Assembly: GCA_951406725.2 (NCBI GenBank)
Contig: OX597816.1
Location: 72,850,001-72,914,000, forward strand
Source: Octopus vulgaris
Taxonomy: Eukaryota
Length of the DNA: 64,000 bases
Reading direction: 5' to 3'
Shown: positions 1-11,618 of the stretch, piece after piece
Position numbering within the stretch: the stretch's first letter is position 1
Layout of the letters: every line of letters begins with the position of its first letter
The notes under the pieces: generated by a model
Told to the model about the DNA's origin: nothing
Seen by the model: only the letters and a program-made list of their open reading frames with translations
The model's database searches: none
Translations under genes and position numbers: made by a program

Positions 1-43
<43 letters not shown>

Positions 44-711
44 ACGCAAACACACACACATACACGCAATAGTCCACAACAGTCCGCATACCCTGTTATA
101 GACACAATATACAGTGCAGAGACCGACCGTTTCGTTGATTATTATTATTCGAACCGTGAAACGAAACCTAACGACCCGTGACAAAGGTGCGAGGCTGCAA
201 CTGGCTTTCCTCCGTACCACAAGGTACCTATTGTTGCTAATAAACATTCGCGGTCTTACTGTTACCATCAAAGTGTACTTCCGTGAGAAAGGCAACATAC
301 ACGCGGTTCGCTTTGTGTTGTTAGTCACCGAGGTTGTGTATTGTGTATTTTCTGTATTTTCGTATATGGCTTTGTATGTATTTATATGCATGTACGTATG
401 TATGCTTGCAAGTATACAATCGTACGTACATACATACATAAATACATAAATACATACATACATACAGACAGACAGACACTCGGCACACAGAGGCATGTGT
501 TGTGTATGCGTGCATTTGTATACTCACACATACACATATGTGCATATACAAATATATATAGATACATACATACATACATACATACATACATACATACATA
601 CATACATACATACAGATAGACAGATGGATAGGCAGACAGACATGGAAATACATAAGACACACACACACACGTATATGTATCTATGTATATATAGGTGTAT
701 ATATATATATA

Positions 712-751
<40 letters not shown>

Positions 752-793
752 TGTATATACATATATATATGTGTGTGTGTGTATATATATACA

Positions 794-849
<56 letters not shown>

Positions 850-1084
850 GAGAGAGAGAGAGAGAGAGAGTGAGAGAGAGATAGACATGTGTGTATATAT
901 ATATATATGCACTATGTATATATCCATATATGTATGCGTATGAGTTTCTTTCAAGTATACACATATATGTACATATTTTATATATATATATAAAATATCT
1001 ACATATATGTGTACATATTTATGTACATATATATGTATTCTATGTACATACACAGACACATGCACACACACACATTGGTTCCTG

Positions 1085-1203
1085 ATTCCTGTGTACAAGG
1101 TAAAATTACTACATGCAAGCTGATGCAGGTAGTATATTCCGTCCCCTCCGACTTTTAGTTCATGCAATTGAAAAAAACTGCATTATTTATGGGCTGACCC
1201 AAT
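1085..1203 (-). mobile_element. Mariner-family terminal fragment (5' end/TIR)
   Basis: Similar to 34520-34632, the end of the mariner remnant (gcaag(c/t)tgatgcag...ccgactttta(g/a)ttcatgca...cattatttatg); ends next to TA repeats. Confidence 0.6.
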
Positions 1204-1584
1204 ATATATATACACACATATATATTTGTGTGTGTGTGCGTACATAGCAACATATATCCCCACCCTTTTCTATGTTACCCGAGCTCGCCAAGTTTATACA
1301 CCTCTACAATCTCCCTTTATACCTTTTCTACTTCAATTTACTACTCTTTGATCCTATGCATCCTCCGCCGCATCTAGTACGACCCTAACACTTTCACTCT
1401 CTTTTCATATACAACCCTCCTCTCATGCATGCGCACTCGTAACCTCGCGTCTTATCCGCCCATAGCTCCCTGCTGTTTTTCCCTAGCCGTTTTCTCCTGG
1501 CTTCTCCTTTAGATCTCGGTACCTTTGTCATATATATTGGTACCTCACCAACAATACCTTCCACATTTCACGTTCTTTCACTTT

Positions 1585-1790
1585 CACCTTAAATGGCTAA
1601 ATGGCGTCATCTACTGTCTTCGGTTTTCCCTCTTCGATAACTTTTATATCAGACAAACCGGCTGCCGTTTAGCGGTCCACTTCACGGAATATATCCGCGA
1701 CATCGGAGACCGGAACTCGGGCTCTTGCTTCTTCCACTCCTCTGACCTCCTCACACATGCTACTCTGAGGTTTTGGTCTTTCACAACGCA
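1585..1790 (+). pseudogene. Penelope-like element GIY-YIG endonuclease remnant
   Basis: Translates NGVIYCLRFSLFDNFYIRQTGCRLAVHFTEYIRDI, a degenerate match to the PLE GIY-YIG pattern (VIY..C..C..YIGQTGR.L..RF.EH). Confidence 0.65.
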
Positions 1791-1910
1791 GCAATATTTT
1801 TACTCCTTCAAAAAACTACGTACCTTTCTGTCTCAATTCACTACCCATACTTGTCTAAAAATCTCCTCTGAAACACACACCGCATACATTGCACACACAC
1901 CGCATACATT

Positions 1911-1946
<36 letters not shown>

Positions 1947-2444
1947 CACACACATACACACAGTTGCACAGACAAGTCCATATAATAAGACAGACATAAA
2001 AACTTAAACATGTCGTCACACATGTATAAGTACACGAAACTTAAGGAAACCTGCACACCTAAATTAAGCATCAGTAAATTTATGTTTATGCCTACGTATA
2101 CAACGGGGGACGAAGTGAATCGCCAGACAATGGTTATGTACAAACGGTATAAGAACCATTTGATGGTATGCCATGGCGATGTTAAAAGATGGCGAAATAT
2201 CGATAACCATCAATATTGAATGAAACTGGAACTGAGCTCTTTCATATGTCTATGACATTCGGGTGTTTTTTACACCCAGCGCTGTGAGGGAGTCATCCCC
2301 GCAGTGCTATGCAGCAGTAAACCGACGAACAAACAAATCACATACATTGAGTATTTGTGGTCTTTAATGCTCACAGCACTAGCGCCGCTTTTAATTCGTA
2401 ATTGAATATGTGTGTGTGCGTGCATACTGTACATATGGTCTTTT

Positions 2445-2640
2445 ATTATTTTACTTGTTTCAGTTAGTTGACTGCGGCCATACTGGAGTAAGCCTTAAAG
2501 GGTTTTAGTCAAACAAATCGACCCCAGGACTTAATTTTTTTACAGCCTACTAATTATTCTATCGAAGTCCTTTGCCTAACTGCTAATTTACGGGACGTAA
2601 ACACACCAATATTGGTTGTATAGCGATGGTGAGAGAGACA
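2445..2640 (-). mobile_element. SINE family B, 3' half
   Basis: Reverse complement of the recurrent tail ...cag(c/t)atggccgcagtcaa..gactgaaacaagtaaaa. Confidence 0.75.
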
Positions 2641-2739
2641 ATACAGACACGAAGACACACACATACACACATACACACACAAATACAGAGAAAAGAGGGA
2701 GAGAGCAGTGTGCATGTGTGTAATTGTCTCTTCACACTT

Positions 2740-2905
2740 GACACACCGTGCTGGTTTGTTTATGTCCCCCAGAATGTGGTGGTTCCATAAAAAAGAATAG
2801 CGGTTCTGCATAAGTACTGGAGTTGATTTGTTTGATTAAAACCCTTTAAGGCGTACTCCAGTATGGCCGCAGTCAAATGACTGAAACAAGTAAAAGAGTA
2901 AAAGA
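2740..2905 (+). mobile_element. SINE family B, 3' half (inverted relative to 2445-2640)
   Basis: gctggtttgtttatgtcccc...ccagtatggccgcagtcaaatgactgaaacaagtaaaaga. Confidence 0.75.
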
Positions 2906-3048
2906 TTAATTGAATACATATTAGAATTTAATTAACGACTGGAATCGATTAAATCAATTAAACATATCAAACAAATGATCCAGCAGTGGCGCTATCTATC
3001 TATCTATCTATCTATTTGCTTGTGTCTGTTTTATCTAACTATCTATCA

Positions 3049-3143
<95 letters not shown>

Positions 3144-3264
3144 CGTCTGTCTGTCTGTCTGTCTTTGTTTTGCTAGCTAGCTATCGGTCTATGTCCTCAA
3201 TTTAGAACATCCGCTCTTATTCCGTCATTGACTAACTTCGCACCAATGACTAACCATTCAGATT

Positions 3265-3321
<57 letters not shown>

Positions 3322-3835
3322 ACGCACAAACACACACACCACCCTTCTCTTCTACTACAGTATGTCCTCTTCCTATCCCTCGCTCTCTCCTCCGGCTTCG
3401 CCTCTTTCTGGACACATTAAGACCGTTCAATCTGGTGTCCACATGGACACCCGAGCAACTTAAGATACAGACTTTGATGCACACACACACATATATATAT
3501 ATATATACGTATATATATATATATATATACGTACATGCATACATATATGAATACATACATACTTACATACATATATAGATGCATATATCAATATATACAT
3601 ACATATATGCATACACATGTATATTTACAAAACTGTGAATGTGTATTTTAAAGCCACACACATACGCGTACGATTGCATTCGCACACAAAATCACATTCG
3701 TATATACAAACGCAGACACATTCACACACGCGTGTGTGAATGTGTGTCTGTGCACGTATGCATGAAATTAAAATTGCACACGTACATACACACACACACA
3801 TTGACATACCTCCATCCCCTCTCTATCTCTCTGTG

Positions 3836-3950
<115 letters not shown>

Positions 3951-4243
3951 GCATATATATATATATATGCATATATATATATATACACACACATAAGCAT
4001 ATGTGTACGAATATATGTATACATATGTGTATTACATACATATATATATATATATACATATATATGAACATACATACATATATATGTGTGTATGTGTATA
4101 TGTGTATGTGAGTGAGCCCGTGTGCACCCATGGATACACACACATATGTATATATATATAAACACATTCTCACATTCAGCGGTACGCTCACTCACATGCT
4201 CATACGCTGATACAAACGCTCAGAGAAAAACGCGCACGTACAA

Positions 4244-4300
<57 letters not shown>

Positions 4301-4802
4301 TAGATATATACATGCACACATAAATATATATCTATACTCACACAGGAAGACTTTGTTCGATGGTTCGTTAACATCGAGCTATTTGTAAGAATCACGAGAT
4401 TAAATCGAAGCAAATTTTCACTTTTTTGATGCTTCAGTAATTTTGGCGAAAGTAAGAGATTAACTATATTCTACCACCCCCGATAGTTCCATCTCAGATC
4501 ACTCTCAGACCAAACCATCTTCTCAACGTCTATAAACTCTACAGTTCCGATCAGCTAATACCTGCAAACTTTTACAGCTATCGTTGCCTACAGCCATTGC
4601 TTGCAGTTATCCACACTACGATTTTTCTTTGCTAGTTGTTAAAGCTTTGAATGACTTCAGGGAGTGTTTGCAGCGAGTATTTGTTCGTTAAAGCAGAAAT
4701 GAAGAATATTTCTGAAACGAAAGAGGCCATCAAGTGTCTGTCTGTCTATCTTTCAGTCTATTTTTCTGTAAATTCGTCCGTTTTAAACTTTCTATGTATC
4801 AC

Positions 4803-4939
<137 letters not shown>

Positions 4940-5096
4940 TATATACAATAATATGTTACATTACTCAATAGTCAAGATAAAACTATATATATATATATAT
5001 ATATATTTGTCTGTCTGCCTAGATCTCTGTATGTCTATCTCTCTACCTGTCTGTGCCTGTCTGTGAAGCACCCTGTCTGCTTATCTGTCAATCTAT

Positions 5097-5136
<40 letters not shown>

Positions 5137-5188
5137 ATATATATATATATATGTCTGTCCGTGAAGCACCCTGTCTGCTTATCTGTCA

Positions 5189-5258
<70 letters not shown>

Positions 5259-5599
5259 TTTATCTATCTCTCTATGTGTCTCTCTATCAGTCTATTGGGT
5301 TTTCTGTCAATCTATTTATCTATTTGCCTCGCTGTCGATCTGTTTACTTCTCTGTCTGTCTCTCTGCCTGTTAGTGTGTCTGTCTCGCCGTCTGTCGGCC
5401 TGTTTGTCTATCTGTCAGTCTATCAATCACTCTATCAACGACGATATTACAACCAGCCCAGCCATATTACAACAGAAGCAAGAAAAAAAAACAAAAAAAC
5501 AAAGCCAAAACTAATAGAGCTTAATAATTATTTCAAGTCCACGTAGAAGGAGAAAGGAATAATCGATTACATCGATCTCGATATTGGACTTTCTTTTCT

Positions 5600-5965
5600 T
5601 TTATTCTTTTACTTGTTTCAGTCATTTGACTGCGGCCATGCTGGGGCACCGCCTTTAGTCGAACAAATCGACCCCAGGACTTATTCTTTGTAAGCCTAGT
5701 ACTTATTCTATCGGCATCCCTTTCCGAGGACATCGGTTGTCAAGCGACGGTGGGAGTACAAACACAGACGCACATACAAACATAAACACACACACACATA
5801 TATATACAACGGGCTCCTTCCAGTTTCCGTCTACCAAATTCACTCAAAAGGTTTTGGTCGGCCCGAAGTTATAGTAGAAGACACTCACCCAAGGTGCCAT
5901 GCAGTGGGACTGAACCCGGAAACATGTGGCTGGGAAGCAAGCTTCTTACCACACACTTCTGCCCG
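5600..5965 (-). mobile_element. tRNA-derived SINE family B, near full length
   Basis: tRNA-like head on the minus strand (gtgtggtaagaagcttgcttcccagcc...ccgggttcagtccc), internal (CA)n, family tail. Confidence 0.85.
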
Positions 5966-5984
5966 CTCACTGCCTTCTAAGGAT

Positions 5985-6190
5985 TCTTTTTTACTCTAGG
6001 TGCAAGTCCCGAAATTTTTGGAGAGGGGGCCAGTCGATTAGATCGACCCCAGTAGAGCAACTGGTACTTAATTTATCTAAAGATGTTAAACAGATTTCAC
6101 CTCGGCGTGATTTGAACTTAGAACGTGAAGGACCGAAAGAAATATTACAAGATATTTTGTCCGACGCTCTAACAATTCTGCTAATCCACA
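5985..6190 (-). mobile_element. SINE family A
   Basis: Reverse complement of the family seen at 15698-15935. Confidence 0.75.
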
Positions 6191-7099
6191 AGGCTTTGTT
6201 TCGAACATATGTTGTTTGTCTTGTTGTCCATGTGTGTCTTTCGTTGTTCGAAAGAATAGTTCATGTTCCTTGTACTCGTGCTTCGAACTTTTTTGTTGTA
6301 CACGTTTCATGACGTCCTGTGCCCACTTATGCATATATCATCTATGCACACACATATATACACACATACTCACATACATTCATCGGACACACTGCCACCC
6401 AGACATACACACAGACACACTCACACATCCACACACATACATACTTACGCGCATACTCGCAGGCGCGCGCACACACGCGCTTGCGCCGGTTCGCGCACGC
6501 ATACGCGCCGCATGCACCTCGCTCTTGGACCCGACGAGAACTCCCGCTCGTTCCTGGGACCGTCGCTTGTCGTTGGGTTTTCCCACGCCCGTCTCCGCGG
6601 GACCACTCTTCCATCTTCCCCTCAGCTGGAGTCCTTTTTCCTTCACCCCCCCTTTTTGTTACACACACGCGCACACATATACACACATTGCTTAAATATA
6701 TACATTACTCTTACACACATTCAATCTACTCGCCATTAATACTACCACGACACTGGACACACACACACACTACTACTCAACACACGCTGACACGCTACAT
6801 ACGCCCCCACCCCTTCCCCTCCCTCCCTTCCTCCTTCCTTCTTTTTCTTACTACTGACCCTTGTCTGCTATGCCGACCACTGTCTCGCCCTACCTCACAC
6901 GCCTACACACAGACACACACACTAACACATACATATATTTTTTGTTTTTTTATCTCGCCTCACACACACACATACACACACGCACACGCACACACTCACA
7001 CATACACACACATCTGTTGCGTTACCAACCTTGTCTCCACTCTTTTGCCTTTAAAAACCTACTTTGCTCTTGTTATCGTAAACTTCCGCCTTTCACCAT

Positions 7100-7315
7100 G
7101 TGTAACTCGTAAACACCAGTCGTTTTTTTTCTCTATCCCTGTTGCCCGCTTTGGGATCTTTCTTTCCTCTCTCTTCCTTCTTTATGTTTCCGACGAAGAG
7201 CTCCGCTCGAAACGTCATACCTCCCTGCTTCCATTTCCTGAGCGCCTATTAATAATAATACTGTAATTGTTCCATTGTTGTTGTTTTTTTTGTTTTCCCG
7301 TTTGGATTAAAATTA
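7100..7315 (+). mobile_element. Penelope-like pseudo-LTR with degenerate minimal hammerhead
   Basis: gttt-CCGACGA-A-GAGC-tcc-GCTC-GAAA-cgt at 7186-7215; same family as 36337-36541; ends in (TA)n. Confidence 0.6.
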
Positions 7316-7331
7316 TATATATATATGTATG

Positions 7332-7372
<41 letters not shown>

Positions 7373-8744
7373 CTCTCCTGCTTCTCTCTTCATCTGTCCC
7401 TTCCTCCTTTTTGTGCTCACGTGACCAGCTAGCTACTACTGCCTTTCGCATCAAGTAGTTGGCTTGACCACACGTATGTGTTTGTGCTCCGTTAGCCTTC
7501 AGGCATTTTTACCACAGCCAGCCCTATACTCAACTCGTCCTGTCGAAAGACGCTTGTCCTGACGTCCTGGTTTTGTTATGATTGTTTTTACGTTATTTTG
7601 TATTTTTATCCGTGCTATCTTTATTGTTTTTACGTACTTTTGATTTTTTTTTTTTTTCGAGTAACATCGTCCGTTTTTCCGTCACCGTGTTGTATACTTT
7701 CGAGGTTTTCTTCCAAGGAATCTAATGCGATTGGCTTAGATTTCCCTTGGCGGGCTGCCCAGATTGGAGCAATCTCAAGATTAATCAGCCGAAATTGCGA
7801 AGATGATCTGGTTCTTGACTGATGACTGAGAGCTTCGAAAGTCCCGTCTGTGTGTTTTTTTGCCGTCTTCTAAATGCTTCACGTTCTTGTCCCAGTTTGT
7901 GTTTTTTTAACGTTTACCTATATACATGGCGGCTACGTACCCTACCCTTTAACCCTATACTGTAAGTATATTACTCTCTAACATTGGTACGACTCGACTA
8001 ATCTGTCTCTTTTTCCCCCTCTCCTACTTTTCTCTGCCTTCACCCTTTTCACTCCCCTTGTTCTGTCTCTTTCCCTCTTTTTCTTCTCCTCCCTTGTTCC
8101 CCTTCTTTCTTTCTCTCTTCCTCCGTCCCTCCTCTCCCACATTTCTCTGCCTCTCAGACCTTATACCCCACTTGACCTGTCCCTTTCCCTCTCCTGCTTC
8201 TCTCTTCATCTGTCCCTTCCTCCTTTTTGTGCTCACGTGACCAGCTAGCTACTACTGCCTTTTGCATCAAGTAGTTGGCTTGACCACACGTATGTGTTTG
8301 TGCTCCGTTAGCCTTCAGGCATTTTTACCACAGCCAGCCCTATACTCAACTCGTCCTGTCGAAAGACGCTTGTCCTGACGTCCTGGTTTTGTTATGATTG
8401 TTTTTACGTTATTTTGTATTTTTATCCGTGCTATCTTTATTGTTTTTACGTATTTTTGAATTTTTTTTTTTTTTTTTTCGAGTAACATCGTCCGTTTTTC
8501 CGTCACCGTGTTGTATACTTTCGAGGTTTTCTTCCAAGGAATCTAATGCGATTGGCTTAGATTTCCCTTGGCGGGCTGCCCAGATTGGAGCAATCTCAAG
8601 ATTAATCAGCCGAAATTGCGAAGATGATCTGGTTCTTGACTGATGACTGAGAGCTTCGAAAGTCCCGTCTGTGTGTTTTTTTGCCGTCTTCAAAATGCTT
8701 CACGTTCTTGTCCCAGTTTGTGTTTTTTTAACGTTTACCTATAT
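7373..8744. repeat. Near-identical direct duplication of ~550 bp (7373-7923 and 8189-8744)
   Basis: The two copies align almost base for base at an offset of ~816 bp. Confidence 0.95.
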
Positions 8745-8763
8745 GTATATATATATATATGTG

Positions 8764-8864
<101 letters not shown>

Positions 8865-8865
8865 A

Positions 8866-8931
<66 letters not shown>

Positions 8932-9019
8932 ATATTGTATGATTGAACACCACGCATCCGCTTCCAATTAAGTGTTATCTATCTATCTATGTTTGTGTGT
9001 ACATTAATCAATGGAATTC

Positions 9020-9188
9020 CAGCGACGAAATAAGTACCAGTTGAATACTGGGGTCACTGTAATTGAATTACTTCCTCGCTCGAGGCAAAGTCGACCTCGG
9101 CGGAATTTGAACTCAGAATGGAGAGGCGGACGAAATACCGCTAAGCATTTCGCCCGGCGTGCTAACGTTTCTGCCAGCTCGCCGCCTT
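9020..9188 (-). mobile_element. SINE family A
   Basis: Ends in ...ctgccagctcgccgcc, the reverse complement of the head ggcggcgagctggcag. Confidence 0.8.
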
Positions 9189-9325
9189 GCGTATTGTTAA
9201 TAGCAATAGTAAACCAGGACCCGCAAAGCTAACCGCAATTCGTTACTCTTGCATTAATCTTAACACCAGCCACTAAAATGAACATTCATCATGACACTAA
9301 CAGTAACGCTAATTCCAAGCTTAAT

Positions 9326-9701
9326 TCAAAGAAGCTTGAGAGGCGGTTGGATGGAACTTCCACTCGCCTCCTTATGAGAGCTCAAAATCTCGTGGAAGCG
9401 TCTTCCAACTAGAGTACAAATATATGGGAAACTACCACCTGAGTCATCTCTTGTGAAAGGTAGAAGAGTCCAGTTTGCTGGACATTGTTGTAGAGCTGAA
9501 AACGAGGTAATTTCTACTCTTCTTCTCTGGAAGCCATCTGCTCGTGATACCAGAGGGCGCACACTCTCCTACCCTGATGTAATCTCCAGGGATACAGGCA
9601 TCCAGCAACAGGACCTCCGTAATGCTATGATGGACCGTGAAGTCTGGCGTAACATAGTAAATTCCATTGTCTTAACCACGGTCGAACAATGATGATGATG
9701 A
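9326..9701 (+). mobile_element. RTE-clade LINE 3' end, 5'-truncated
   Basis: Translates SKKLERRLDGTSTRLLMRAQNLSW...RRVQFAGHCCR...AMMDREVWR..., then a stop and a (GAT)n tail. Confidence 0.8.
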
Positions 9702-9869
9702 ATGTTTAAGGACATGTGAAATTAGATTTCAAATGATTTAATCGGGGAAATTCGAATATTAAAGTGGTCCTCGGTTTGATTTGATCCTAAAACATATGGG
9801 GCACCAGTTCCTATTGCTGTGGTCATTTCTGTCTATTGCAACGACTCCGGATATTAAGGTTAAAATTTA

Positions 9870-10017
9870 AGCGGAGGTAAAGAATGCGCACACCACCCAT
9901 TTTCGGCTTAACTCTAATCCTAAACATAAACATAACTCCAACCCTAACCCTAAACCTAATCTTAACCCTAGCACTAAATGCCGAAAACGGGTGGTGTGCG
10001 TAAATTTTACCTTCGCT
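9870..10017. mobile_element. MITE with ~37-bp TIRs enclosing degenerate (CCCTAA)n
   Basis: gcggaggtaaagaatgcgcacaccacccattttcggc ... gccgaaaacgggtggtgtgcgtaaattttaccttcgc. Confidence 0.75.
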
Positions 10018-10236
10018 GATCTCTTCTGCCGAACCACTAGGTTACGGGAACGTAAACAAACCAACACCGATTTTCCAGTCGGTTGGAAACTCAATGACAC
10101 ACACACGCAAAAATCTATTTATCTATCTATCTGTCTGTCTGTCTGTCTGTCTGACTATCTATCTGTCTGTCGATCTATCTATCTATTTACGACGGGCTTC
10201 TTTCAGTTTCCGTCTACCTAATTCATTCTGAAGTCT

Positions 10237-10364
10237 GGCGGAGGTAAAGAATATGCACACCACCCCTTTTTGGGTTCAGGTTGGGGTTAAGGTTACGTTT
10301 AGGGTTAGAGTTACGGGTAGGGTTACGCCGAAAACGGGTGGTGTGCGTATTCTTTACCTCTGCC
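10237..10364. mobile_element. Second copy of the telomere-repeat MITE, opposite orientation
   Basis: ggcggaggtaaagaatatgcacaccaccc ... gggtggtgtgcgtattctttacctctgcc with an internal degenerate (TTAGGG)n. Confidence 0.75.
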
Positions 10365-11618
10365 GAACAGACCTACAGAATAAGTACTAGATTTTAAAAA
10401 GGAAAAAGTACCAGTGACGACTAAAACCATTCAAAGCGAAGTCCCAGTATGGCTGCAGTCAAATGACTGAAACAAATAAAACAGAAACAAACAAAAAATA
10501 GAGAGAAAGATTAAGCAAAAAAAAATTATGAAAAAATATGAAATAATAGTATTCTAGTCTTCTATCATTTTATACTTACTAAATAACTTCTTACAGTAAA
10601 GACAGAAAAATTCATTTCATTTTCTTCAGAAACGCCATTAATAGTAACGGCATGAAGGCTTGATAATATCTCTCTTTTTAAAAGCTAGAAACACAAGAAA
10701 TAGAACACCAGCACCATTTTAGCTTCACCGTTCTCAGAACCATCAGCAGCAATATAATATAAATAGTCACAAATCTTTTTTTTTTCTTCTTTACATTTGA
10801 TTAGTATTTGCATGTAAGGCTCGCAATAACACGTTAGGAATTTGCCGCACTCATTAAATTTCGCTTATAAAATGTTTATTCGGATAATATATATCTATAT
10901 GTGTGTGTAAATAAATATATAATACGTATATATAAAGAATAAACAGTCAGAATGTAGTTTTAAAAAGAGGAACAGTAATCACTGTTACAGAACAGAACTG
11001 TTACCTCTTCGGTGTTATATTGGTTAATTCTGGTTGTGGTGTGAGGTTGATGTCTACATTACATATTACTACGCAGACGCTACAAAGCCGGTATGAAATA
11101 AGTTCAAATGTCTTTTATATATGTATACCATATATATAAAAAGAAAAACAAACATGTGTAACATTAATAATACTGACTTTCTTATGTGATTTACCTATAA
11201 TAATATAGATACTTGGTCATATAAACGGATTTATATTATCTGTAGAATTTAAACGTATCAAAAATGATCGAGGAATACAAGTGTTAAAGGTAAATAGAAT
11301 TTGTGCTTTCTGAATTTCGTTACGTTAGTATAGTTAACTGTACGTACAATCTTTCGCTTGTTTCTTTAATATTTTCGTTTTGTTGACAAGGAAAGAAAAC
11401 TCGAAGATGCTTTATCAATCTAGTTAAAAAAATATCAAACAAACCAAACACTTGGCTTTTCCATAACATAATTCAGCGAAAACAAATGACATGGACTCAG
11501 TAATATTGTGAGCACTTAAAAAGAAATAAGATTTTGTTCTAGCCCCACAAATAGCTAAATTACAATACGGGACTTCTGAGATTATTGGATTGCTAATAAG
11601 AGCTATTTAAGTAAAATA

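Noticed and set aside
321-1167. Many ORFs rich in YI/CV/HT/MYVC/LSIY, here and throughout the window
   Set aside because: They are translations of stop-free microsatellites, not genes.
6216-7266. Overlapping ORFs up to 315 aa
   Set aside because: Low-complexity CA/CT-rich repeat sequence with no recognisable domain.
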